Assembly (NCBI GenBank): GCA_964019335.1
Contig: OZ025665.1
Coordinates: 62,001-126,000, forward strand
Source: Diplonema japonicum
Lineage: Eukaryota > Protista > Euglenozoa: Diplonemea
DNA: 64,000 nucleotides
Reading direction: 5' to 3'
Both the position numbers and the translations under genes were made by a program. This document shows, piece after piece, positions 11,846-22,817 of the stretch; within the stretch, counting starts at the first letter, position 1; each line of letters starts with the position of its first letter. Under the pieces are notes generated by a model. That model was not told where the DNA came from. It saw only the letters and a program-made list of their open reading frames with translations, and made no database searches.

Positions 11846-14281
11846 TCACCTGATGAAGGCTCCTTTGAGGTCGGTTCTGGAATTCGATGAAGCAGTCCTT
11901 CCGAACGAGCTCTCCAGGGGAGCTGGGGAGGGTGCTGTGCTTACAGAAGAAGGTTGTGAAGCAAATGTATGTGGGACACCCAGGCTACCAGAGAGCTGGT
12001 TCCGCTCTGTACGTAGCTGATAGTTATCCTGCTGCAGTTTGGCCAGCTCAGACCGGAGGGCAAGGTCACCACTTGAAACGTCCAGCACACACTCGTCGTC
12101 TGCAGGAGGGGGGGGAGGTGGCGGTGCTTGTGCTTGACCCTCCCCTCGATACTTCTGAACCTCCTTCCGAAGGGACCTGTTGTCCTCTTCCGCAGTCTTC
12201 AAGTCGTCGGACAGGCTGCCCATTTTGATCCGCAGCTTTTGCATGTCCTTCTGTATCTCGTTCTGGTACTTCTTGTTCCCCTCGTAGTTCGCCGACAGTA
12301 GCTTGCTGCGGACTTCTTCCTCCCTCTCAGAACGGTAGGCCTCCTCCCGCACCTCTGCCTCCATCATTGCAAGGCTTTGCTGCAGATCTGCATTGCATTT
12401 CCTCTCTGTCGAGATCAAGGCTTGGCATTCACGAAGCGCCTGTTCGTCTCCTTGATGCTGTGCCTGCAAAGTTGCGATGACCTGGTTCAGCTCCTGGATC
12501 TTCTGCCCGTCCTCAGGTTCTGGTGGCGGCATCCTTAGGGCCTGGGCGAGCTGGGACTCGGCATCCTTTATGCGAGTCTCTAGGATCTTCGTGGTGCTGG
12601 CCTTCACGCGGAGCTCCAAGACTTCCCTTTGCAGTTTCTCCAGCTCCGCTTCGCCGTGATGGTCGTCCATCTTCTTCTCCTGCAAGACCTCTTCTAGCTG
12701 CTGCTGCGCAAGGAGACGGTACTCCTTCTCTGTCTCCAGCGAGCGCTGCAGTGCGCTGTTAACAGATTTTAGGTTCTCGACCTGCTGTGTGATGTCGGCG
12801 ACTGTCTCCTCGGCTATCTGCAGCTTCCTCTTGACCTCTCCGTACTGTTGGCTCAACGCGATGTTGTCAAGCTCCACCCTTTTGCTCTCTGCAGAGATCT
12901 CCTTTGCTGCTGTCAGTTTGTACCGAAGCTTGTCAGCTTCTTCTTTGAGTTTGTGCGCCTCAACCGCTGCCACGTACTGCTGTTCCTTCAGATCCGAGTC
13001 CTTCTCAGCCTCTGCGAGCCGCAATCGCAAGTCTTGCATCTCCTTCTCAAGCTTTGACCTGTGCATGACGGCTTCCTTGAGTTGTGCCGTGAGGTCTATC
13101 AAGTCAGTCTGTGCCTGTGCTGTTACGCGCTCCAGTTGAGCCGATGAATCGCTGCACTCCTTCTCCAGGCGCGCGATGGTAGACTTCGCGGTGGTCAGCG
13201 TGGCTTTCAGCTGCTCAATTTGGAAACCCTTCCGTTCGTTTGACAGAATAGCCTCCGTATCCACCGTCTGGTCCCTCGCCTGCCGTCGCTGCTTCTCCTT
13301 GGCCTCCTCCAGCACAGCATGGAGGCTCTCGTCCAACAGTCTCTTGACGCTCACGTCCTCCCTGCGCCCCCCTCTGCCTGCTTCCCTTTCCATCCTGACC
13401 TGGTGCTGCACGTTGTGGAATTCGCTCTTCACCATTGTTAAATCGGACTCGAACTTTCTGTTTTCTGACATGAGACCCCTGAGACGCTCCTTCAGCAGGG
13501 TTATCTTTTGGTCCTTATCGAGGTGCTGCTGAGAAGTGGTATCGGTTTTCGATTTAAGGAGTAAGTACTTCTGTGCAAGCTTCTGGTGCGCTTCTTTGAG
13601 GCTGTCGTGGTCATCAGCCAAAACCTTATATTGCTCCCTGAGGTCCTCCACTTCAAGGATCTTCCTGTCGAGCGCTGTCTTGATTTGAGAGGCGACCTGT
13701 TCGTAGTGCTGCCCTGTTCTGTTCCGATCTGCTTTGAGCCAAGTGTTCTGGCTGCGGAGCTCCGACAGCTCGCCAGCCACGGAGCACTGATTCGTCTCTG
13801 CAATCTGTGACTGCTGCTGGTGGAGCTGGCTGAGCTCTTTTATCTGGTTCTCCAAGCGTGAGATCTCTGTTTTCAGGAGTTGGTTCTCCAGCCCTGTCGC
13901 CACTTGTTGTTGCTGGTCCTGTTGTTGTTGTTGATGCTGCTGTTGTTGTTGCTGGTGGACTACCGGTTGTCTGTAAAGGCTTTCTTTCAGGATCTCGACC
14001 TCCTTCACTAACTCTTCGTTCCGTGACTCGATGCTGACTGCCCGTTGTAAGGCTGCTCTTGCCGTTCGTTCTTGTTCGTTGCGCAGGCACTTGTCCACAA
14101 TCTCCGTCAGTCTTGTGTTGATGTGCACAGCACTGCCAGAGTCCCTCGCCAACTGTAGTAGAATCGGGTCCCTTGCGACGCCCTGCAAGCATCCCTCGAG
14201 CACCCCCGCCACACCCCTTACCCTCTCTGTGTACTCCTTGTCCAGCGCATGGAGATACCTTGCTTGGTCCGAATGTATCAT
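11846..14281 (-). CDS. Long coiled-coil protein with poly-Q and poly-P tracts
   Basis: 811-aa ORF, heptad-rich E/Q/K/L composition; the 3' end may be extended by an intron (ATCAG|GTGAGA). Confidence 0.8.
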   Translation of the reverse strand: MIHSDQARYLHALDKEYTERVRGVAGVLEGCLQGVARDPILLQLARDSGSAVHINTRLTEIVDKCLRNEQERTARAALQRAVSIESRNEELVKEVEILKESLYRQPVVHQQQQQQHQQQQQDQQQQVATGLENQLLKTEISRLENQIKELSQLHQQQSQIAETNQCSVAGELSELRSQNTWLKADRNRTGQHYEQVASQIKTALDRKILEVEDLREQYKVLADDHDSLKEAHQKLAQKYLLLKSKTDTTSQQHLDKDQKITLLKERLRGLMSENRKFESDLTMVKSEFHNVQHQVRMEREAGRGGRREDVSVKRLLDESLHAVLEEAKEKQRRQARDQTVDTEAILSNERKGFQIEQLKATLTTAKSTIARLEKECSDSSAQLERVTAQAQTDLIDLTAQLKEAVMHRSKLEKEMQDLRLRLAEAEKDSDLKEQQYVAAVEAHKLKEEADKLRYKLTAAKEISAESKRVELDNIALSQQYGEVKRKLQIAEETVADITQQVENLKSVNSALQRSLETEKEYRLLAQQQLEEVLQEKKMDDHHGEAELEKLQREVLELRVKASTTKILETRIKDAESQLAQALRMPPPEPEDGQKIQELNQVIATLQAQHQGDEQALRECQALISTERKCNADLQQSLAMMEAEVREEAYRSEREEEVRSKLLSANYEGNKKYQNEIQKDMQKLRIKMGSLSDDLKTAEEDNRSLRKEVQKYRGEGQAQAPPPPPPPADDECVLDVSSGDLALRSELAKLQQDNYQLRTERNQLSGSLGVPHTFASQPSSVSTAPSPAPLESSFGRTASSNSRTDLKGAFIR

Positions 14282-15258
14282 TGTCTCTCCCTGTGAGTAC
14301 TGTGTGTGGGACGAGGCGTGTAAGTAAGTATAAGAATGGAAGGAAGAGGGGTCTTCTTCTTCTTTCTCTCCCCCTTTCTTTGGAACAGATTTGTGGGGAG
14401 TGGGAAGGGTAGCGGGACCGAGTGCAGGTAGGCGTGCTGTTTATTTTCATTTTCTTTTTTTTTTTATTGTTATTTCTTTCTTCTTTCGCTTCCTTTTTTG
14501 TTTTTACCCCACGAAAATAAAAAAAAAAAAAAAAAAGCTTTGAGAAACAAAGTTCCGGTGTCAATTCCCGCAGAAATGTAGACCCAGGATCCCCCCAGGT
14601 CAAACACCTCAAGTAGGACCGAACTCTCTCAGGAAGATCTCTTCAAAACTCTACCTCGTGATAGCTCTGTATTAGATGAAAACCAGGCCGGCTCGTGACT
14701 CAAGTGCATACACACCACCCCCCTCCGCGTGAAAATCAGACTGCCATCTAATCTTCAGGTTAACAAATTCCCTTGTTTTTTCACCTTTTCTTTTCTTCTT
14801 TTTAAATCTTAAAAGATGAAACGACCGGAGTGGAAGGAACATAAAAGTGGGGTGAGATTAAAGCGGTTCATTTCTGAAAAAAACCGGGAACAAGGAAATT
14901 TAAAAAAAGAAAAAAAAAATACACAGAAAGAAACGGGTCGTTTTCTTTTCTGTATCTTGCAAGGGCGGGGTAGGCGGGACCGAAGGCTGGGTAACCTGAT
15001 ACCTTCTCTGACAGAAGCCTCTGATTCCTGTGGAAAGGGTGTGGGGAAACAAAACAAAACGGAATACTAAAAGCTGGAAGGCCCCCACGTCCCACCCATC
15101 TTTATTCTCTCTCTCTCTCTCTCTCTCTCCCCCCCCCCCCCCCCCCCGCCTTTCTTCTCCCTTCTTTTCTTATTTCTCGTTTAATTCATTCTTTTTCTTT
15201 TCCTTTTCTTAAAAAAAATCTATACAGAAAAAAAAAAACCCCCCCCACTCATCTTCCT

Positions 15259-16443
15259 TTACGCAGCCATCGGCACCAAAGGATTGTAGTGCATGGCGCC
15301 GGGTTCCTCGATGTATGAAAGGCGTATGGTCTGCGAGGGGTGCGTGATAGATCCTTCCCCGTCTCTGTAAGTTTTGTTTTCCCCTTTCTTTTCCCCCATC
15401 ACTTACCTCGGCATAATTGATCGGATCTGAGCATCTCCAGAATTTATGACCTCTATCTTGAGGTTGTACAAATTGGCAGCGGCGACCAAAGTGACGTGGT
15501 CGCCCCATTGCTTGGTCTCCTGCATTTTGTGACAGTAATCAGGGAAGTCAGTCTCCACAAAGTTCGAGTAGATCTCGTGATGCCTTTTCAGGTAGGTGAC
15601 GACCTCCTTCCTGACCTCCTTGTACCTGTCTTGGTCCTTTTTAACGAAGAAGGCCACGGACCGGAACTGGCAGTGCCCGTCGTCCCCCACGCGCACCTCA
15701 CGGAGGTCCAGCTTGTTGATTTTCGTTTCGAGCTTCGCAAGCTCGGCAAAGGTCTCCTCCTTCGTCCGCACGCCGTTAGCAAGCGACAGTGTCTTCGCCA
15801 TCTCCAGCTGTTTCTCGAAAATCTCGTCCGTCGGTTCTGAATCAGGCTCCTTCCACACATTCATCTTTGTCACGGTGTCATGCCAGTATATCAACCCCTT
15901 CTCGTCTTTATACCGATGCCACGGCTCGATCATGTCAGGAGGCTCCTTTCCTAAATTATGCTTCACACCGTTCATGTCGAAGAGCCGTCGGAAGAGAGGG
16001 TAGATAGCGTGCTGGGGTGTCGGCATCGAGAAGCTGAAGACAACCTTCCCCTCGGTGTTCTTGAACTCCATGTACGCCCTGTGCGTCTCTGGGATGACCC
16101 TGACCGCTTCTGTTGCGATATGCTCCGCTTTCGAGGATCTTATCTGAAGCCCTAGCCCTGACTTTGTTTCTTCCATTATAATCTTATGGCTTGTGGATGC
16201 CTGCAGCACAAGCCGTGACCCCGTCCATTCTGCGTCAGGTACCAGTGGAGGTGTTCTCGGCCTAGCCAGCCTGATGTTGTCCCGGTACACCACTGGCCAC
16301 ACTTTATCAGTGCCATCATGCACCACCACCTTGTAGGTTCCATCTCCATTCTCGCTCACCAAGGTCACACACCACCAGTTGTCCTTTTTATCTCTGCTCT
16401 CATACCAGTGCTTTCTACCTATTTCCAGCGGCTGGTCCCGCAT
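15259..16443 (-). CDS. OTU-family deubiquitinase with WW domain, ~380 aa; intron 15365-15406
   Basis: WW (PWHRYKDEKGLIYWHDTVTKMNVWKEP); OTU Cys box VGDDGHCQFRSVA and WGDHVTL; splicing supplies the catalytic His box (LSY..MHYNPL). Confidence 0.9.
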
Positions 16444-16849
16444 GTTCTATTTTTTATTTCTTTTTATTTTCCCCTCTCTCCCACCACTAGCATGGCATTA
16501 ATGGGCACAAAAGAGAGGGGGGGGGGAAAGCAACGGGGGGGGGGGGGGGGGGGGGGGGGGGGCTGGCTATCATTTCTTTTCTTTCTTTCATTTTCTTGTG
16601 AATCTTCTGCATCGTTGTGTTGTGTAAGGCACAGCTATTCCTTTTTTTTCCTTTCTTTATTATTTTCTTTTATTTCTCGTTTCGGTCTCTTATTCTTCCA
16701 AAGGAGCAACAGAAAAAAAAGGGGGGGAACCAAAGTGGGGAGGGGAGGGGGGAGAACCTTGATATAACGATTGAGAACCATGTCAACACAGTTTTCTTCA
16801 GTTTCTTCTTCTTTTCTTTCTTCCTTTTCAAGCCTTTTAGTGGAGACTG

Positions 16850-16886
<37 letters not shown>

Positions 16887-16961
16887 TGGGTGCAAAAGAC
16901 GAAAGGAAAGAAAACCAAATAAATAAATGGAGAAAAAAAAAAGTGAAATTCAACGCATTCT

Positions 16962-18611
16962 TCACGGGGCGTGGGAGACCATCTTCTTGACAGCCCACAA
17001 AAGCAAGGCGAGCAGCAAGCCCCTCAAGAGGTGTTTAGTCATACCCCTGTACTTGCGGGGGATGAAGCCAGTCGTCGTGACCTTGATGAGAATATCATAC
17101 ATCTTCTCAGGAACGGGTGCAGGAGGGAGCGACGCATCCTTCTTGATGAGCGTGTCCTGCTTCAGGCAAGAACGGTGGTGCGTGAAGTCATCAAACCCGT
17201 GCTTACCATGGCAGGCACCTGGAGGTGAGGTGGGTTTGCGTGATGACTCTAAATCAAACAAAGCATACCATATCCGCTGGGGCCAATCCCTCCGAAAGGC
17301 AAGTGAATGTTCATGAAGTGCTCCACACAGGTGTTGATGGCAACACCTCCCGACTGCGTCTGGTCGAGGATCTGTGCAAATGGTTTTCTTCTTCTTTTCT
17401 TCGCATACCGACTTCACAAACTTCTGGTCTTCGCTGAAAACGTAAAGCGCAAGAGGCTTGTCGCAAACCTTGTTCACAATGCCGACTGCATCAGACATGC
17501 TGTCCAGTGCGATCACAGGGAGGACGGGCCCGAAGATCTCCTCCTTCATGAGCGGCTCATCGAGGGAAGGCCCTGAGATGATGGTGGGTGGCATGTACTT
17601 GGCTTCTGTGTCGACAGTCTCGAGGCCACCTGTTCGGACCTTGCCCTTAGTGTCCTTGACCAGCGACGAGATGCGTTCCACGTGACGGGATGAGATAACG
17701 TTCCCCCAATCGACGGAGCTCTTGGGGTCGGCGCCGTACCCCTTCAACGCCTCCTCCATGCCCTTCAGGAACTCCTCCTGGATGTCCTTGTGCACAAGGA
17801 TGTAGTCAGGGGCGATGCAGGTCTGCCCGACGTTGAACCACTTCCCGCTGGAAACCCTGGAGATGACGCTGGCCATCTTCGCGGTCTTGTCAATGATGAC
17901 AGGCGACTTCCCACCGAGCTCAAGCGTCACAGGGGTCAGGTGTTCTGCAGCAGCCCTGCTGACGATACGCCCAACGTGCCCGTTCCCGGTGTAGAAAATG
18001 TGGTCCCACTGGAGTTTGAGCAGAGCGGTGGTTTCGGGGACGGCACCCTGGATGACCTTGATGCATGACGTGTCAAGGTACTTGTTGATCAGCTCCTCGA
18101 GCACTTCTGAAGAGTTGGTCGAGACCTCCGAAGGCTTAATAACAGCGCAGTTCCCAGCGGCGATGATGGAGACAAGTGGTGTGAGGACAAGCTCGATGGG
18201 GTAGTTCCAAGGGGCAATGAGAAGGACCACACCCTTGGGCTCCTTCCTAATGTGCGACCTGCCGATAAAGGTCGGGGAAACCTGGAAGGGAGTAGTCACC
18301 TTCTCGTCTGCCATCCAGCTTGACAGGTTGCCCAGCGCGAACTCTGCAGCGGCATGGCTACCCATCTCACCTAAACCTCTAATCTTCGGACCTCCGTGGT
18401 CCTTCCTGACTGCCGCTGTGATCTTCTCGTGGTTCTCCTCAACCATCTTCACAAGCTGGGTCAGTTGCTGCCTTCTCCATGCTTCTTTCTTCGTCTTCCC
18501 CTGACGGAACTCCTTCCTCAGCCCGTCCAAAATCCCTTCGTACTTCGAGGTGTCCATTACACCGGCACCAGAGCCGTCCCTCATCTTCTGGAACCCATTG
18601 TTCGTGGTCAT
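16962..18611 (-). CDS. Aldehyde dehydrogenase family 3 (fatty ALDH) with C-terminal membrane anchor, ~520 aa; introns 17372-17408, 17219-17268
   Basis: APWNYP, FYTGNGHVG, TLELGGKSP, GQTCIAPDY, EEIFGPVLP; splicing restores LPFGGIGPSGYG. Confidence 0.93.
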   Translation of the reverse strand: MTTNNGFQKMRDGSGAGVMDTSKYEGILDGLRKEFRQGKTKKEAWRRQQLTQLVKMVEENHEKITAAVRKDHGGPKIRGLGEMGSHAAAEFALGNLSSWMADEKVTTPFQVSPTFIGRSHIRKEPKGVVLLIAPWNYPIELVLTPLVSIIAAGNCAVIKPSEVSTNSSEVLEELINKYLDTSCIKVIQGAVPETTALLKLQWDHIFYTGNGHVGRIVSRAAAEHLTPVTLELGGKSPVIIDKTAKMASVISRVSSGKWFNVGQTCIAPDYILVHKDIQEEFLKGMEEALKGYGADPKSSVDWGNVISSRHVERISSLVKDTKGKVRTGGLETVDTEAKYMPPTIISGPSLDEPLMKEEIFGPVLPVIALDSMSDAVGIVNKVCDKPLALYVFSEDQKFVKSVCEEKKKKTICTDPRPDAVGRCCHQHLCGALHEHSLAFRRDWPQRIWYALFDLESSRKPTSPPGACHGKHGFDDFTHHRSCLKQDTLIKKDASLPPAPVPEKMYDILIKVTTTGFIPRKYRGMTKHLLRGLLLALLLWAVKKMVSHAP

Positions 18612-19075
18612 CTTGTGTTCTTTTCCCGCTCCTCCCTGAAATAACAATCATGGTACACTGTCCACACCGCCCAGCATTATATCCATTCCATGAGGAAAGT
18701 GTTCGGGTAGGGATGAAAGAGAAGAAACAAAGGAGCGGAAAGGGTAGCTCAAAGCAGGACCGTTCTATTCTTTTTTTTTTCTTCTTCTTCGTTTTCTTTT
18801 TTTTTTTTTCTTTTCTTTTTTTAAAATGTCGCGGTGAGCCTTTATTATGTATAAGAGGAAAAAGAAAAGAAAAAGAAAGAAAAGAGAGAAACAATAAGAA
18901 AGAGAGGGGAAATGAATGTTGCAGGGCGAAAAAAGAAGAAAGAAAAAAAGACTAGTTTGGCGCTTCATCTGCTTGTTGCGCAAGAGCGGAATTTTACCTA
19001 ATACAATAGCTCATTACGCTGCCATCAACTAGTTTTTAGTCTTGACAATGATATTGTTAAGACAAAAAAAAAGAA

Positions 19076-19177
19076 GAAAAAGAAAAAGAAAAAGAAAAAG
19101 AAAAAGAAAAAGAAAAAGAAAAAGAAAAAGAAAAAGAAAAAGAAAAAGAAAAAGAAAAAGAAAAAGAAAAAGAAAAA
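19076..19177. repeat. (GAAAAA)n microsatellite, ~17 units
   Basis: Perfect hexamer tandem array visible in the sequence. Confidence 0.9.
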
Positions 19178-19312
19178 AATATATGAGTTAAAGGAGGCCG
19201 GTGTGAAAAAAAAGAAACATTTAAGGGTACCTGCGGTATGTAGCAGGACCTTTAAAAAAAAGAAGAAGAAAAAAACAGGGAGGAAAAGGCTTCTCTTCTT
19301 CTTTTAGAAAAA

Positions 19313-20009
19313 TCATTTCTTTTTGCCCCATTTTGCATTTCTTTCTTGAGTCACCGTCTCGAATTCTTGCATCAGAGCGAGGTGCTCATCGCCTGTCTCT
19401 GGCTTTGCCTGCCAAACGCTGGACCAATCATCCTCTGGCCCAGCTGTTTTACCCTCAATGGGCTGTTCTCCTTTGGGAGACGTAACTGACTCGGCAACGC
19501 AGGTGGAAGCGGTTGTAGGTCTTGGGGGAATGGATCGCTCCTCGGACTGCGGTGGTTGTGGCTGCTGTTGTTGTTGCTGTGGAGGCGCACCCCCTGCAGG
19601 CGGGACCCCCCCTGGGTACATTGTGTAAACCTGCACATTCGGCCCTGTAACCATTTGAGCTCCAGGTTGGAGAACATCTAGGAAGAAAAAAACGTGAATA
19701 GAAGAAAAAAAGAATCACACATACGAGTCTGTATATTAAACATTGCATTGCACAGTGGGCAGTTCGCTAGTCTGGTATTGGGTGGGAAGGCGAGCACAGT
19801 CCTGCAATTCGTGCAAGGAATAGTGAGGCTCGGGGCAGCAGGGGCAACATTCGAGACCTGCTTGCACTGCGCGCACGACACCAGTTGTGATCCAGGAGGG
19901 AAGCTCTTTTTTTTTTTTTTTCTTTTTTCTTCTTCCTTTTTTTTCTCCATACATTCATCAACCCACAACCCGAACACACATAAGTCTGCCGATTTTGCTG
20001 CGCTGCCAT
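19313..20009 (-). CDS. LSD1-type zinc-finger protein (two fingers) with Pro/Gln-rich tail, ~200 aa; introns 19906-19952, 19678-19724
   Basis: Spliced product CSGCGLMNSFPPGSQLVSCAQC and CTNCRTVLAFPPNTRLANCPLC fits the CxxC...(Y/F)P.G...CxxC pattern. Confidence 0.8.
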
Positions 20010-20428
20010 TTTTGCTTTTCCTTTTTGACTCCCGTCTTATTATTCTTTTGGTATTGTACAGGGACGGGTGTAGTCTCTTACTCTTCTTTTTCTCCAAACC
20101 CCTTCCCACCTGTTGTGAGCATAGATGTGACACTACTAAGAGGAAAGAGGGATAAAGTATGAAAATCAAAGCAACGTAGTCGGGCCACTATCATTAAAGG
20201 GTAAAGGGGACCACCTCGATGAGCGTGTGTAACGTGTAAAAGAGGATGGGAAGGGGGAAAAAAAAGGGGGGGATGGGGACATGAATAAAATAAAAATAAA
20301 AACAAACAAAAAAAAGAAAATACGCCGGTACACCAAGGGGACTAGGGACGGCCTTACGATACGATGAGTTGGGCTTAGGGAGGAGGTCGGCTCTTTTCTC
20401 CGAGGCTGGATTTAAAATTACCAACAAA

Positions 20429-22729
20429 CTACTTAACACCAATGGCGAGCCCTGTCCTGGGGTCCCGCCTCTTACTGGCCATTGCATTTGCAGCTGACAC
20501 GGCAGCAATTGCGAGCTTCCCGCCAGACTGCGCAAGGGCGGAGTGGCTGCCTGACCCGAAGGCTTCGTGCCCACCACGGGCCTGGTGCAGCCCTGCTGCA
20601 GCGTGGTGGTGTCCGCCGTGATGCCCGTGTACCATGGACACACTGTGCCCGTGGCTGTGTGTTCTCGCAGGGACCAGGCGCTGCGGGGGGGGTGTCTTGT
20701 GTGCGCTTGCAGCTGCGGCAGGTATCCCATGTCTGGCTTCTGATTTTGCCTCCACAAGGGCAGCTTTCGCATGTGACTCTGCCTTGCGTGCCATCATAAC
20801 TGCATTCTTCGCCTCCATCACTTGTGGGTTGTACTTAATAGCCGCCTTCGCTGCCTCGTTCCGCATGGCAGCCACGTCCTGCCGTGCTCCAGTCGCCGTG
20901 TGTGATGCATGCGACGCGACATGCTCAGCGCGCACGGATGCATGCAACGCGTGCTTGGCGGCGTGCACTGCCGTCAATGCCGCATGATCAGCGTGGTATG
21001 CCTGTCAAATGTCCACTGTGCTTGTTCTGCATACCTTACTCCCAGCGTGCTTTGCACTGTCTTCTGCCTGCCGCGCGTTTTGTAACGCGTTTTCTGCTAA
21101 TTTCTCCGCCTTCTGAGCGTACTGTGTTGTGTGAGTTGGCGTGTGGTGTGGTGCGGTGCGTACCTTCAAAACTTGCTTTGCATCGTTCGACGCTTCCAGT
21201 GCCATCTTCTCGGCCCCCGCCGCCTTGCTGGCCGTCTTCTCCGCTAAGTGCGTCACATTGGCTACCTGATCCTTCGATGCGAAAGCCGAGGCGTGGTGCT
21301 GTTGTTGTTGATGGTGGTGGTGCCCCCCGTGGCCATGTTGTGTTGCATGTGTCTTGGAGTGGCCGTGCTTGGATCCTTCGCTCGTGTGGTTATGCTTCTC
21401 CGTTGCTGAACCGTGCTTGCTTTCACTGTGGTGGTTGTACCTTGTGCTGTGCTTGTTACTGTTCTCAGTCTTGCTGCCTTGCCCCGTGTTGTTGTCCTTG
21501 TTATGTTTACTATCGGCTGGCTTGTCGTGTGTTGTGTGTGTCTTCCCCTTCCCGTCACCGTTGTGCGTGTGCCCATCAGTTCCGCGCTTGGTTGCTTCAC
21601 CTTTGTGCGCCTTATGTTCGCTTCCCTGCGCCTTAGCCGTGTCACCTTTGTGGGTCTTATGCGTGTCACCTTTGTCCGGTTTATCCTTGTGCTCATTCTC
21701 ATGTGTCTTCACTGCCTCACTCTTGTGAGCTTTGTGACCACCTTCCTGTACCTTTGCTGTGTCACCTTTGTCCCCCTTAGGGTTGGTTTTGTCCTTGTGC
21801 TCATCAGTTCCATGTGTTTTCGCTTTTTCATCCTTATGGGCTTTATCCTTATGTTCACTTGCGTGGGCCTTTGTCGTGTCATTTTTGCCTCCCTTGGTGC
21901 TGGCTTTGTCTTTGTGTTCACTCTCGTGTGTCTTGGCACCCTTGTGGGCCTTCTCGCTATGTTCGCTTTTGTGAGCCGTGTCGCCTTTGTCACTCTTAGA
22001 ACTGGGCTTGTCTTTGTGCTCGTCATTTCGATGTTTCTCTGGTTCACTTTTGTGAGCCTTATCTTTATGTTCACTTGCATGTGCCTTTGTCGCGTCATCT
22101 TTGGGGTCCGTCTTGTCCTTATGGTCATCACTTTCATGTGCCTTCGCTTTTTCACCCTTGTGGGTCTTGCTATGTTCGCTTTCGTGTGCCTTTGCTGTGT
22201 CACCTTTGTCGCCCTTTGGACTGGCTTTGTCTTTGTGCTCATCATGCCCATGTGTCTTCGCTGCTTCACTCTTGTGGGCTTTTTCCTTTTGTTCACTTCC
22301 CTGTACTTTTGCTGCGTCGCTCTTGTCGTTTTTAGAGCTGGTCTTGTCCTTCTGGTCAGTCTTGTCGCCCTTGTCACCTTTGTCATGCTCGACAGCTTTG
22401 TGTGCGTGCGCATCACCTGCTTGTGGTTTGGCCTTCTTGCCGGCCTGTTTATCATCGCTGTGCGAGCTAGCTGTCTTAGCTTTATTACTCTCATCTGTCT
22501 TGTCACCCTTGCCTTCTGCACCTTTGTGTGCCTGAGTGTTGCTCCCTGTGCTTTTGGTATCAGTCTTCTCGCCCTTTACATTCTCCTTGCTTGCTGCTTT
22601 CAGTTCCCCCGTACTCGCTGTGGCCCCCTCTTTCTTTCCAGATTCAGTGCTCTCTGTCTTTGCCCCTGGGGGGTTATCAGTGGGAGTCCCCAGATGCAAA
22701 GCACCGAACATGTTGTTTAGAAAACTCAT
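20429..22729 (-). CDS. His/Lys/Asp-rich tandem-repeat protein with Ala/His-rich C-terminus, ~741 aa; introns 21122-21163, 21002-21034
   Basis: ORFs 21005-22729 and 20429-20977 join in frame through GTATGC..GACAG; imperfect repeats HESEHKDK..PKGDKGDTAKAH. Confidence 0.75.
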
Positions 22730-22817
22730 GGCAACGTGTAAATTCTGTAGTGGCTGATGGGCTGAAATGACATATTGAATGAGAAGTCATGGCACACAGA
22801 TTGGGTGTAAGGAGTTA

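Noticed and set aside
14611-14700. U3 snoRNA-like 5' end (GACCGAACTCT..CAGGA) on the plus strand
   Set aside because: No convincing boxes B, C and D downstream; similarity too short.
21413-22720. 435-aa very hydrophobic plus-strand ORF
   Set aside because: Antisense shadow of the His/Lys/Asp repeat gene (complement of AAG/GAC/CAC codons).
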